Below are positions 8,376 to 17,182 of a stretch of DNA of 64,000 nt, piece after piece; the first letter of the stretch is position 1, and each line of letters starts with the position of its first letter. This stretch comes from a virus. Taxonomy: Duplodnaviria > Caudoviricetes. Location: the IMG/VR virus record IMGVR_UViG_3300033407_000005, positions 1-64,000 of that record. One strand, given 5' to 3'. The notes under the pieces are model-generated. The model made no database searches and had not been told where the DNA came from. It saw only the letters and a list, made by a program, of their open reading frames with translations. Position numbers and translations under genes: made by a program.

Positions 8376-9787
8376 GCGGCAGCCTCCACGCGCTCGGCGA
8401 TCAGCGCCTCGACAACCCCGATCCGCTCGCCGATCCATCGCATGCACGGCACGGCCATCGAGTTGCCGAGCGCGCGGTAGCGCGGCCCATCGGCTGCGGT
8501 CTTTCCGCGATAGGTGATCGCCGTGTAATGCGGCGGAAATCCCTGGAGTTTTTCGCACTCCACCGGAGTCAATCGTCGCACGGTCATGCCCGCGACGGCC
8601 GGCGGTTTCGTCCCGTTTACGGTCGGGCTCTCGGCCGAGAAATCATTGCCGCTTGCGGCAAGGCCCTTGTGCTGGAGGCAACCGCTCGTCTCGGTCGCGT
8701 ATGCGTGGTTGCGCGACTTCTGCGCACCGCCGATGATGTTGTAAGGGATCAACGGCGTCCCGCGCCCGGTGCCGTCCTCGCTGGCGTCGAAGCCGTCGGC
8801 GCGGAGGCTGTGGGTTACGAACGTCTCGCTCTCGAAGTCGAGTCGCCCATGCGGGCCACCGTGCGCGTTGCATGCGGTCGCGACATCGAGCGGGCCGGCG
8901 GTGTTGTTGCCGCCGAAGGCCACGGCACCCGGGCGCTTGCTGCGGATCGCCTGGGCGACCTCGCGCTCTATCCCGAGGCCGCTCCGCGCGCCGTCCGAGC
9001 CGTCCGCACCCTCGCCGCTCCGGTCGAGGCAATCGCTGTCGATGCCGAAGGCGACGGCGTTTTCCTGTCCGCTGTTGCGACCAAGAGGATGCGCAATACT
9101 CCCCGAGATGTTCGGGTCTTGCGTCCCATGGAACGCGATCAGATTGTCGGCGGTGTCTGCATCGGCGCGCCAGCCGCTCCCGCCTTCAGGGCATCCCGCA
9201 ATTGGCCGGGCAATTCTTTCCCCCGCTTCCCGGCGCGGCGCAGGATCCCCGCGCAGGCTTTCGGGCTCAAAAAGTACCGCGGCGGCAGGTCGCCAGTCTC
9301 CAAGATATCCGACAACGAAGACGCGGCGGCGGCGCTGTGGAACTCCGAAATGCCGAGCGTCAAGAATTCGGTAGGCGAACCCATACCCGCATTGCCCCAG
9401 GAGCGCGAGGAAGGCCCCGAAGGCTCGGCCGCCGTCAATCGACAGGATGCCGGGGACGTTCTCCCAAACCAGCCAGCGGGGGCGAAGCCGTCGAGCAAGA
9501 TGCACAAACTCGATGGTGAGTCCGCCCCGGTCTCCAAGAAGGCCCGCGCGAAGCCCCGCGACCGAGAAGTCCTGGCAGGGGGTGCCGCCCACGAGAAGCT
9601 CGATTGGCTCATAGTCGCCCTCACCGATCGTCGTGAAATCGCCGTGGATCGGCACGCCGGGCCAGCGCTCGGCCAGCACGGCGCGCGGGAACGCCTCGAT
9701 CTCGGAGAAGAACGCCGGCCGCCAGCCGAGCGGATGCCACGCGACGGTGGCCGCCTCGATCCCACTACACACGCTCCCGTATTTCAT
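8372..9787 (-). CDS. C5-cytosine DNA methyltransferase
   Basis: SVCSGIEA, GGTPCQDFS, ENVPG, PQRRRRVF, RRLTPVECEKLQGFP, RYRALGNS. Confidence 0.96.
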   Translation of the reverse strand: MKYGSVCSGIEAATVAWHPLGWRPAFFSEIEAFPRAVLAERWPGVPIHGDFTTIGEGDYEPIELLVGGTPCQDFSVAGLRAGLLGDRGGLTIEFVHLARRLRPRWLVWENVPGILSIDGGRAFGAFLALLGQCGYGFAYRILDARHFGVPQRRRRVFVVGYLGDWRPAAAVLFEPESLRGDPAPRREAGERIARPIAGCPEGGSGWRADADTADNLIAFHGTQDPNISGSIAHPLGRNSGQENAVAFGIDSDCLDRSGEGADGSDGARSGLGIEREVAQAIRSKRPGAVAFGGNNTAGPLDVATACNAHGGPHGRLDFESETFVTHSLRADGFDASEDGTGRGTPLIPYNIIGGAQKSRNHAYATETSGCLQHKGLAASGNDFSAESPTVNGTKPPAVAGMTVRRLTPVECEKLQGFPPHYTAITYRGKTAADGPRYRALGNSMAVPCMRWIGERIGVVEALIAERVEAAA

Positions 9788-10122
9788 TGGCGGCCGCCCT
9801 CCCGGCCGCCGGCTGTTGGCGCTCCAACCCGCACTCGATAGGGAAGCGGCAGCGATGCCCAATCGAACTCGTCTTTGAAATCACCACACACATGCTCGCG
9901 TGGCGTGATCGCGTGGCCGCTCGTGGGGCGCAAAGAACACGAGGTCATACCCAGCATGTCCCACCGCTCCTCGCTGGGAACCGGAGCCGATTTTGTGCAC
10001 TCGCCGATTAGCGAAAATATCGGCCGCCACCAATCGCAGCCGGCACAGCATCTCCCATGCATCCAATAAAAGCGGTCGATGCACTCTTGAACGATGTCTA
10101 TCTGGTTGCTCACGACGGGCAA
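9784..10122 (-). CDS. Cys-rich conserved phage protein
   Basis: CCAGCDWW..ECTKSAPV..HVCGDFKD. Confidence 0.7.
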   Translation of the reverse strand: MPVVSNQIDIVQECIDRFYWMHGRCCAGCDWWRPIFSLIGECTKSAPVPSEERWDMLGMTSCSLRPTSGHAITPREHVCGDFKDEFDWASLPLPYRVRVGAPTAGGREGGRQ

Positions 10123-10125
10123 CCC

Positions 10126-10578
10126 TCAGCCGTTGCCGAAGCCGTCGGGCTGTTCGGCGACCGGCCGCGGCGGCGGTATCGGCAGCGGTGGTCCGGCGCC
10201 GTTGACCTGGAGCGGCGGGTCGGTGTCCCGCTGCGCCCGGTCCCGCCGGCGCTCCTCCGCCGGGATCAGCAGATACCGCTCTCCGTCGAGGGTCATCGTC
10301 CGGACGTCGCCGTCGAGAACGGTGATCACCGGGACGCCGCGGACGATGCGGGTCAGGTAGATCAATTCGGCCGCCGCGCCCGGCGCCTGGCGGCGCACCA
10401 GGGTTTCGGCGGCGAGCGCGACGGTCAGCGGCACCCGGTTTTCCCGCTTCATTTCGCCGTAGGTGCTGCGGCCGAGCCCGAGCGCCTCGGAAAATTCCTC
10501 GGCGCTCATCTCGACCCGGTTGCGCATCGATTCGACAGCCGCGGTCTGCACCGCGTTGATCGTAGACTTGCGTGCCAT
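10126..10578 (-). CDS. XRE-type HTH protein
   Basis: MSAEEFSEALGLGRSTYGEMK. Confidence 0.7.
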   Translation of the reverse strand: MARKSTINAVQTAAVESMRNRVEMSAEEFSEALGLGRSTYGEMKRENRVPLTVALAAETLVRRQAPGAAAELIYLTRIVRGVPVITVLDGDVRTMTLDGERYLLIPAEERRRDRAQRDTDPPLQVNGAGPPLPIPPPRPVAEQPDGFGNG

Positions 10579-10599
10579 GGGTTTTCCCTCTCCCCCCTG

Positions 10600-11094
10600 T
10601 TAGCCCTGGCGCCGGCGCAGCCGCTCGATCTCGGCGAGGATCAGCGCCCCGGCGATCTCCAGCATGCGGAGCGGCGGATGCTTTTGCTTCACCTCGTCCG
10701 GCAGCAACCACAGCGCCGCGGCCATCTTCTGCAGCTCATGCGGCGCCGCCGGCATCATCTTGATCATCGCGGAAATGGCATAGGAGGCGGCGGCGCCGGC
10801 CAATTCGCCCATGTCGTGCCGGTCGTCGTGCTCGGGGGAATAGCCTTCGACGCTGACTTGGCGTTTGCGCTCGGCAAGAATATCGGTCATGGCCCCGAGA
10901 TCAGGACTGATATTCCCGGGAACGACGACCGAGACATATTCCAGGTCGTCGGCAACCGCCTGCCATTCGTAATACATGGAGGGGTGCAGCCAACCATTAC
11001 CTGGGTCGCGCTTCACCACGCCGATGTCGCCGGTGCTCTTCCGCCGCACATGGCGGCCGATGTCCTGTTCAGTTATCGCAATGAAGCCGCTCAT
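10600..11094 (-). CDS. conserved phage protein (AERxRQ..EG family)
   Basis: AERKRQVSVEGYSPEHDDRHDMGELAGAAASYA..AGALILAEIERL. Confidence 0.8.
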   Translation of the reverse strand: MSGFIAITEQDIGRHVRRKSTGDIGVVKRDPGNGWLHPSMYYEWQAVADDLEYVSVVVPGNISPDLGAMTDILAERKRQVSVEGYSPEHDDRHDMGELAGAAASYAISAMIKMMPAAPHELQKMAAALWLLPDEVKQKHPPLRMLEIAGALILAEIERLRRRQG

Positions 11095-11291
11095 CGCCGA
11101 TCCGTCGCCTGGCTGGCCCATTCCGCCAGTTCCGCAAGCGAGGCCTCGCGCAGCGCCGGCGGGATCGGCCGCACGCTCTTCGGCGCCAGATCGCGCGCCA
11201 TCGACGGGGTATCCTTCGGGTGCTCGTCAAAGGCGACCGGCACCAGGGCGCCGCCGGGCGAGCGCTGCCAGGCAAACCAGTTCATCGCCAT
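11091..11291 (-). CDS. hypothetical protein
   Basis: coupled ORF. Confidence 0.55.
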   Translation of the reverse strand: MAMNWFAWQRSPGGALVPVAFDEHPKDTPSMARDLAPKSVRPIPPALREASLAELAEWASQATDRR

Positions 11292-11698
11292 TCCTCCGCC
11301 TCATAGCGGGCCACCAGGTCGAGGGCGACGCCGAGCACCGAGGCGCGCGCAACCGCCTCCTCGCCAAAGCCGACTGGGATGCGCGACATCGACGGCGCCA
11401 GCAGCTCGGCCGGGATGCCGCTCTGCAGCGTGATCGAGACGAGGATCCCGGTATCGGCGAGCACCGCCGCCATATCGCTGCCGGTTTTGGCGCAGGGGCG
11501 CAAGCCGGGAGGCGCGAGCCCGCCCGAAAGGAAAATTTCCCTTGGGTCGCCATTTTCATCAAAGCCCACCCCGGCATCGAAGGCCATTTCGCCGACCATG
11601 ATCGTCTCGGTAAAGCACTCCCGGCGGTTGGGGAGGCGACGACGGGAGGAGTCGGGACCGGGCTCGTTCCAAACGCTCGTGGTGCCATCGGCGCTCAT
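11282..11698 (-). CDS. TSCPD-like domain protein (class II RNR C-terminal-like)
   Basis: RRRLPNRR..PREIFL..GSD....D..ILVSITLQSG. Confidence 0.7.
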   Translation of the reverse strand: MSADGTTSVWNEPGPDSSRRRLPNRRECFTETIMVGEMAFDAGVGFDENGDPREIFLSGGLAPPGLRPCAKTGSDMAAVLADTGILVSITLQSGIPAELLAPSMSRIPVGFGEEAVARASVLGVALDLVARYEAEEWR

Positions 11699-12048
11699 GC
11701 GGACCTCAGCTTCAGTGCGGCGATGCAGAGCGCGAGGGCGGGAGTTTTCCCCTCGCCATAGATATGCTCGTCATCCCGGCAGACCGCGAAGGCCTTTGGG
11801 TAGATCTGAACCTCGGCTCGCACGGCGCCGTCGTTGACGAGGATCAGGATTTCTACGTCCAGCCCCTCCGGCACCAGCGTCAGCGCCGCGCTCTCGTAGG
11901 CGCCGCTTTCGGCCCACGCCGAGGCGCGGTTCCATGTCTCGAATGTGATCCAACGCCGTTTCTGGGCAAAATAGAGCGCGGCTTGGACATCCGCCCGCTG
12001 CGTTTCCTCAGTCGCCGCCTCCAGCCGGGCGATCATCTCGGCGCTCAT
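11695..12048 (-). CDS. hypothetical protein
   Basis: MSAEMIARLEAA..ALCIAALK; paralog of 12353..12709. Confidence 0.7.
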   Translation of the reverse strand: MSAEMIARLEAATEETQRADVQAALYFAQKRRWITFETWNRASAWAESGAYESAALTLVPEGLDVEILILVNDGAVRAEVQIYPKAFAVCRDDEHIYGEGKTPALALCIAALKLRSA

Positions 12049-12356
12049 GGTTCACCCTTCCCGGCAGCCCGTGCCGCCTCCAGCCGCTTGCGGGTGCGCC
12101 AGGCCTTTTGCGAGGCGAGCGACCAGGTGCGGAGCTGGCGCGTGATGCGCCACGCCGAGCGTGTTTCACGTGAACCGGCCGCAGCATCAACGGGTTGTGC
12201 CGATTTACCCGTTTCAGGTTCACCACGGAGACACGGAGGGCACGGAGCGTCATCGGCGCGTTCTGTGTCTACACATCGCGCGGGAGGCCCCAGGCACGCT
12301 TCGCTCGGCCGCGCCTCCGTGCCCTCCGTGTCTCCGTGGTGAACTTTCCTGCTCAT
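12045..12356 (-). CDS. hypothetical protein containing in-frame palindrome
   Basis: HHGDTEGTE..PCPPCLRGEPE encoded by the inverted-repeat arms. Confidence 0.55.
   Translation of the reverse strand: MSRKVHHGDTEGTEARPSEACLGPPARCVDTERADDAPCPPCLRGEPETGKSAQPVDAAAGSRETRSAWRITRQLRTWSLASQKAWRTRKRLEAARAAGKGEP
12218..12344. repeat. 30-bp perfect inverted repeat (REP-like), 67-bp loop
   Basis: GTTCACCACGGAGACACGGAGGGCACGGAG (12218-12247) vs 12315-12344. Confidence 0.9.
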
Positions 12357-12709
12357 GCTGCCCTCGCCTTCAGTGCGGCGATGCAGGCGCTGATCGGTCG
12401 GGATCGGTGGTCGGCTTGTCCAAGACGCAGGATTACCGAGCTGCCGTCCTTCAACTCCCACGCATTGGCGTTCCAGGCCATTTTCCCGCCCGGGAGCACG
12501 GCATAGAAAAGGTTGATGCCGCGCCGCGGGTAGTCGTGTCCGATGTCGGGGGTGTCCCAGAGCGTCAGCGCCGCGTCGAGCGAGGTCGTGTAATCAGGAA
12601 CGCGCGGTTCCTGTCTCGCAATGCCGCGTATGGCGAGTTCGATATGGACATCGAGGGCCGCGCTCCCCTCGGTCGCCGCCTCCAGCCGGGCGATCAGCTC
12701 GGCGCTCAT
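12353..12709 (-). CDS. conserved phage hypothetical protein
   Basis: MSAELIARLEAATEGS..PDYTTSLDAALTL..ISACIAALKAR. Confidence 0.75.
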   Translation of the reverse strand: MSAELIARLEAATEGSAALDVHIELAIRGIARQEPRVPDYTTSLDAALTLWDTPDIGHDYPRRGINLFYAVLPGGKMAWNANAWELKDGSSVILRLGQADHRSRPISACIAALKARAA

Positions 12710-12942
12710 GGTTCACCCTTCCCGGCGGCCCGTGCCGCCTCAAGCCGCTTGCGGGTGCGCCATGCCTTGCGCGAGGCATTCGCCCAGATCGCCAGCTGAC
12801 GGGTGATCCTGTTCACAACCCGTTGATTTGTCGGATGTTTCACAGAATACCGCCGACTTATTGTGGTTTCATCGGCGTTCGGCGCCGACGGCCCGGTTCC
12901 GGGCAACCCGGAGAGTGGCGAGGCTTTGGGGAGGGCGGTCAT
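12706..12942 (-). CDS. hypothetical protein
   Basis: MTALPKASP start; C-terminus shared with 12045..12356. Confidence 0.55.
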   Translation of the reverse strand: MTALPKASPLSGLPGTGPSAPNADETTISRRYSVKHPTNQRVVNRITRQLAIWANASRKAWRTRKRLEAARAAGKGEP

Positions 12943-13109
12943 GGCGTCGGGCCGAAGAGTAACGCGAGGATGAGGATCGGCACCGCAATCAGCAGACCTC
13001 CAGCGATCCCCGATTGCGGACGCCAGCATTGCCACCATCGGGCGGGGCGAGCGAACCATGCGGCAATCGCAGCGACGATAGGTGGCGAGGCTTTGGGGAG
13101 GGCGGTCAT
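12939..13109 (-). CDS. small membrane protein (56 aa)
   Basis: MTALPKASP start, hydrophobic C-terminus; not in ORF track. Confidence 0.5.
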   Translation of the reverse strand: MTALPKASPPIVAAIAAWFARPARWWQCWRPQSGIAGGLLIAVPILILALLFGPTP

Positions 13110-13495
13110 ACGACGCGAACCGGAATAAGCGTCGGCCGTTTCATCTTCGGCTTCAGCATGTGTTGCTTATAGGATCGCAGCGCGGCCTCAATTTCATCGA
13201 GGCACATCAGGATCGGATCACTGAGAATGACACCCGGCGGCGGTGCCTGTCCGCTGTTGATCAGCATGAGCAACGAGACAGTCTCGTTGACAAGCCTCAG
13301 CTCCCGGCCAATGGGGCGCGCGGCGACGATCATTGGACTGGCCCTCGCAGCGAGGCCATTGTGAAACCGGAGACCATTCGCCGCGGCCTCAAGCTGTTGC
13401 GCGAGGATCAGCGGCTCGACGTAATCGTAATCGATAAGCAATCGCCCCAGCGCGGAAGCAAAGTCGGCCCGATCTTCCAGCGGCCGGTCGCTCAC
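13106..13495 (-). CDS. hypothetical protein
   Basis: GTG start overlapping upstream TGA. Confidence 0.6.
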   Translation of the reverse strand: MSDRPLEDRADFASALGRLLIDYDYVEPLILAQQLEAAANGLRFHNGLAARASPMIVAARPIGRELRLVNETVSLLMLINSGQAPPPGVILSDPILMCLDEIEAALRSYKQHMLKPKMKRPTLIPVRVV

Positions 13496-14082
13496 AGCAG
13501 CTCTCCCACAGCCTTTGCCTCCCCGGGCCTGACCCGGGGATTGTCCGGGTCGGGGAAATTCTCTCTCCGGTAAATGCCGACCAGACTGTCGCCGTCGTCC
13601 GCGAGTTGTCCGTCAAGAGTATGAGGACAATCATTCGCGCCAGGAGCACCTCCACACGCGCCACATTGAGGAGCGTTATGCATAAGAGCTAACTCTCCAT
13701 CTTTCTCAACCACCTCAAGTAAAGTCCAAGGGATAAAGCACCCCTCAAACCCGTCATCGACCACAACTATGTCGCCGACTTTGAGTTGGCTGAGCCGAGC
13801 ATAAGGTCGCCCCTGAATATCGCTCACAGCAGTTCTCCCACAGCCTTTGCCTCCCCGGGCCTGACCCCGGGGATTGTCCGGGTCGGGGAGGAGACTTTTG
13901 CAGCGTCGGCAGGTCACCGCCTCGGCCCGGTTCGTCCATGTCGCCTTTTTCAGGTCGATCGCTCGCGGCGACTTCGCACAGAGCGGTGACACATGGCCTT
14001 CCGGCGAGATGAGTTTCGCCATGTGGACCGTTCGGACGTGCGGACGCGCTCCCACGGCGTTCAAGAGATCGGCGCCGTTCAC
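13492..14082 (-). CDS. two hypothetical genes (14082 and 13827 GTG starts) fused in frame by a 1-bp insertion
   Basis: repeat copy at 13853 has one extra C relative to the copy at 13521. Confidence 0.55.
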   Translation of the reverse strand: MNGADLLNAVGARPHVRTVHMAKLISPEGHVSPLCAKSPRAIDLKKATWTNRAEAVTCRRCKSLLPDPDNPRGQARGGKGCGRTAVSDIQGRPYARLSQLKVGDIVVVDDGFEGCFIPWTLLEVVEKDGELALMHNAPQCGACGGAPGANDCPHTLDGQLADDGDSLVGIYRRENFPDPDNPRVRPGEAKAVGELL

Positions 14083-14750
14083 AGCAGCACCCCGCTCGCC
14101 TTTGCCGGCTTGTCCGGGTCGGGGAGGTAGCGCAGCACCGGCGGGCCTTTGTGGCGCCAGTCCCACAGATACCAGGCGTAGGGGAAGCGCGGGCTGGCCT
14201 TGTCGTCGCCGGACCAGCGCGGGCGCTTGTGCAGCACCAGCTTGGCGGCGAACGGCGGTTTGAATAGCGGGTGGTTCTTGGCCGGCGCGTCGAATTCGTG
14301 GCGCTGCACGATCGCGACCTTGCCCTGGCTCGCCCGGGTCAACTCGAGCGCGCGGGTGATGAAGGCGATGGCCCGGTCGAACGGCGGATTGGTGACGATC
14401 GCCGCGACGGCGCCGGCCCGGCGATCGGCGAGCCACTTGACGGTAGCCGGGTCGAGAAAATCGCGGCCGGGCTCGCCATAGCCGTAATCGGCGATATCGG
14501 AGGCGACGACCGCCGGATGCCAGCGGTCCAATTCCCTCGCCATCCGCCCGTCGCCGCAGGCCGGCTCCCACAGGAGGCCGCGATTGTCGAATTCGACCGC
14601 CCGGCACAGCGCCCGCGTCACCCACGGCTCGGTCGGGTAGAAATCGTTGGCCGCGCGCTCGTACCCGGCCTCGCCCAGATTTGGCGAACGGCGGCTGGCG
14701 CTCTTGCGCTCGGGCCGGCGTTCGGTTTCGAGGAGGTCGGCGGCGGTCAC
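14079..14750 (-). CDS. SAM-dependent (N6-adenine-type) DNA methyltransferase
   Basis: DFYPTEPW, WEPACGDG, SDI, DFL, TNPPF. Confidence 0.85.
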   Translation of the reverse strand: MTAADLLETERRPERKSASRRSPNLGEAGYERAANDFYPTEPWVTRALCRAVEFDNRGLLWEPACGDGRMARELDRWHPAVVASDIADYGYGEPGRDFLDPATVKWLADRRAGAVAAIVTNPPFDRAIAFITRALELTRASQGKVAIVQRHEFDAPAKNHPLFKPPFAAKLVLHKRPRWSGDDKASPRFPYAWYLWDWRHKGPPVLRYLPDPDKPAKASGVLL

Positions 14751-14805
14751 AGCAGCCGCTCCATCGGCGGCCGATAATTAGTCTGGCGGTGCACCGTGGC
14801 GTGGA

Positions 14806-15111
14806 TCACGACCCACCTCCGCCGACCAGAGGCAACCCGCCCCGCTCCTCCCGCTGCACCAACGCCGCCTGGCGGATCAAGAGCGCCCCGAGGGTGCGCA
14901 CCCGGCGGTCGTCCTGGTCGAGCATCAGAAGCCCGACGGCGTATGCCTCCTCCGGCGACATGACAAAGGCGAGCCGGTCGGGGTCGGCGCCGGATTCATC
15001 GCCCGGGCGGGCCAGCGCCACGTCGACCCGCACCTTTGGGCGCTCGTCGAGCCCCACGCCCGACCCGACCCGGATGCCGGGCGGAAGGAGGGGGTCGCGG
15101 GAGGTTTCCAT
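14806..15111 (-). CDS. hypothetical protein
   Basis: coupled ORF. Confidence 0.55.
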   Translation of the reverse strand: METSRDPLLPPGIRVGSGVGLDERPKVRVDVALARPGDESGADPDRLAFVMSPEEAYAVGLLMLDQDDRRVRTLGALLIRQAALVQREERGGLPLVGGGGS

Positions 15112-15503
15112 CAGGCGGCCTGCAATGCGGGATCGTCGGAGCCCGCGCCGTCGACGTAGACGACGCCGTCGAGCTGCTTGACCTCGTGCCCCGCCCGGCG
15201 CATCGCCCTGCGCGCGACGCGCCAATCGATCGCTTCGGCGATCTCAGGTTCACCACGGAGACACGGAGGGCACGGAGATAGGTCACATCGTTTCGCACCA
15301 GGCCTCATCAGGCTCCCGTCATCTTGTCGAGCGCCGGTCTTTGACATCGGAGGCGAAACGATAACTGTAAACTCCGTGCCCTCCGTGTCTCCGTGGTGAT
15401 TTTCCGCTTCCGTCTCGATCGCGGCGATCATCGCGCGGATCGCCCGGCGATCGGCCCCCGAGCTGTATTTGAGGGCGGTGCGCAGCCGGTCGAGCCGTGT
15501 CAT
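15111..15503 (-). CDS. hypothetical protein containing in-frame palindrome
   Basis: HHGDTEGTE..PCPPCLRGEPE. Confidence 0.55.
   Translation of the reverse strand: MTRLDRLRTALKYSSGADRRAIRAMIAAIETEAENHHGDTEGTEFTVIVSPPMSKTGARQDDGSLMRPGAKRCDLSPCPPCLRGEPEIAEAIDWRVARRAMRRAGHEVKQLDGVVYVDGAGSDDPALQAA
15250..15399. repeat. 28-bp perfect inverted repeat (same family as 12218), 94-bp loop
   Basis: arms 15250-15277 and 15372-15399. Confidence 0.9.
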
Positions 15504-15682
15504 GCGCCGGCCCTCTCGATCGTCCAGATGCAGGACAGCCGCCGCGCGATCGTCCAGGCCTCTTCCTCGGAGGCGCAGAACCGCACCATGGTCCGGGTGT
15601 AGGCGTTGCTGCCGCCGGCCTTCCATCCGGGCCCGAGACGGGCGGCATCCTTGTGCGGGAGGACGGCGACGATCTGGGTCAT
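15500..15682 (-). CDS. hypothetical protein
   Basis: ATGA-coupled. Confidence 0.5.
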   Translation of the reverse strand: MTQIVAVLPHKDAARLGPGWKAGGSNAYTRTMVRFCASEEEAWTIARRLSCIWTIERAGA

Positions 15683-15936
15683 GCTGCGGTGTCCGGTTCG
15701 GCCGCGCCGTCATCGCCGGCAACCGGTTCCGGGCGGTCGTCACGATACCAAGAGGCCCAGCGCCAGGGGTTGCAGCGCCAGCGTTCCCGATTCGGTCCGA
15801 CCACGGCGGCGGCCACCTTGGCGCTCCCGCTGCGGCGCTTCATGTCGTAGATCGCCTGGGCCTCCGCTAAGGTCGCGAAGTAGACGCGATCCTGGCCCTC
15901 GCGCAGCAGCACCCATGGCTTGTTGAAATCAGCCAT
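15679..15936 (-). CDS. hypothetical protein
   Basis: ATGA-coupled. Confidence 0.55.
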   Translation of the reverse strand: MADFNKPWVLLREGQDRVYFATLAEAQAIYDMKRRSGSAKVAAAVVGPNRERWRCNPWRWASWYRDDRPEPVAGDDGAAEPDTAA

Positions 15937-16237
15937 CAGGCCAGCCCCAAGGGCGGCTGAACCGCGATGCCCGGGCGTCGATCTGATGCTTTGGCCGGAT
16001 CGGCCCGGCGGTTGCGGTCTCGACGATCTCGACCGCGAGCCCGCGCGCCTTCAGATCGGCGATCGACTGCCGCAGCACGTCGGGCCGGCGGCGAACGTCG
16101 GAGCCCGGCGGGCCGATCGTCGTGATGCATTCGGCACGGAGCACGCCGCGCAGCAGCTGGGCGACGACCGATTTGCCGACCGCCGAGGCGCCCATGATCT
16201 CGACCCTGACCTGCGGCTGCGCCGTGCCGGGCATCAC
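15929..16237 (-). CDS. small P-loop-like protein
   Basis: IMGASAVGKS Walker-A-like motif. Confidence 0.5.
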   Translation of the reverse strand: MMPGTAQPQVRVEIMGASAVGKSVVAQLLRGVLRAECITTIGPPGSDVRRRPDVLRQSIADLKARGLAVEIVETATAGPIRPKHQIDARASRFSRPWGWPDG

Positions 16238-16500
16238 GCGGCCTCCGGCTCGATCTGGATTGCCGTAGGGCGGATAAACCCACGGACTTGATCCGTGGGG
16301 CCATCCGCCGCCGCCGCCGCCGCCTCACCGAGATGCCGCGCCCGCGACAGCACCAGCGCGGTTTCCGGCTTACCCGGGAACCGGGCACCGGTGCGCGGGC
16401 AGAACCGGCCGATCGCCACCCGGCGCTCGACCAGCCAGCCGGCGGCTTCCAGCACCGCGCGCTCGGCCGCCGGCCGGGTGATCCAGTCGCGGCCCGCCAT
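16234..16500 (-). CDS. hypothetical protein, paralog of 17183..17428
   Basis: shared RFCPRTGARFPGKPETALVLSRARHLGEAAAAAADG. Confidence 0.55.
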   Translation of the reverse strand: MAGRDWITRPAAERAVLEAAGWLVERRVAIGRFCPRTGARFPGKPETALVLSRARHLGEAAAAAADGPTDQVRGFIRPTAIQIEPEAA

Positions 16501-16997
16501 CACGCCACCTCCCGGGAGGAGGGCCGGACCTCGCGGCGCGCCTCCGCCAGGGCCTCGATCCGACCCAGGCCGTGTGCCCTCAACTTGTTGTAGATACGGC
16601 GCTGATCCGGCGTAAGACCGGCAAGCGGGTTTTTCTCGGGGTCGGCGAACGCGGCCTGGATCGCCGCCGACATCTTCGCCCGCATCTCGGGGTCGGCCCA
16701 CGCGGCCTTCCTCGCCGCCGACATCTTCGCCCGCACCTCGGGGTCGGCCCACTGGGCCTTCGTCGCGGCCGACATCTTCGCCCGCACCTCGGGGTCGGCC
16801 AACGCGGCCTTGCTCGCGGCCGACATCTTCGCCCGCACCTCGGGGTCGGCGAACGCGGCCTGGATCGCCGCCGACATCTTCGCCCGCACCTCGGGGTCGG
16901 CCCACGCGGCCTTCCTCGCCGCCGACATCTTCGCCCGCACCTCGGGGTCGGCCCGGCGGGCGCGGACTTCTGGCGACAGGCGATAGGGGCGGGGCAT
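16500..16997 (-). CDS. 17-aa tandem-repeat protein (NUMOD3-like repeats)
   Basis: 6 x ADPEVRAKMSAAxxAxx; 51-bp DNA period 16635-16952. Confidence 0.75.
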   Translation of the reverse strand: MPRPYRLSPEVRARRADPEVRAKMSAARKAAWADPEVRAKMSAAIQAAFADPEVRAKMSAASKAALADPEVRAKMSAATKAQWADPEVRAKMSAARKAAWADPEMRAKMSAAIQAAFADPEKNPLAGLTPDQRRIYNKLRAHGLGRIEALAEARREVRPSSREVA

Positions 16998-16998
16998 C

Positions 16999-17178
16999 TC
17001 AGGCGGCCTCGCCGAGCCGTTTAATCAGTTCGCGCTCGGCCGCGCATTCGCACCGCATCGCGAGGCCGGCAACCACGGGTAAACCGCACCTCAAGCAACA
17101 GGGTGTTGCGATCGGAATTTCGCGACCTCGCAGGACGAATGTCTTCGGTTCCGACCGCGGGGGGAATTGGTGTTTCAT
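16999..17178 (-). CDS. small Cys-motif protein
   Basis: CCLRCG..CECAA. Confidence 0.5.
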   Translation of the reverse strand: MKHQFPPRSEPKTFVLRGREIPIATPCCLRCGLPVVAGLAMRCECAAERELIKRLGEAA

Positions 17179-17182
17179 GCCG

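Noticed and set aside
8528-9841. 437-aa plus-strand ORF
   Set aside because: Antisense to the clear C5 methyltransferase.
13492-14625. Single 377-aa gene
   Set aside because: The 5' part overlaps the methyltransferase out of frame; the real starts are GTG 14082 and 13827.
16635-16952. 51-bp repeats as CRISPR or non-coding array
   Set aside because: Variation is codon-wise within an open frame, so it is a protein repeat.
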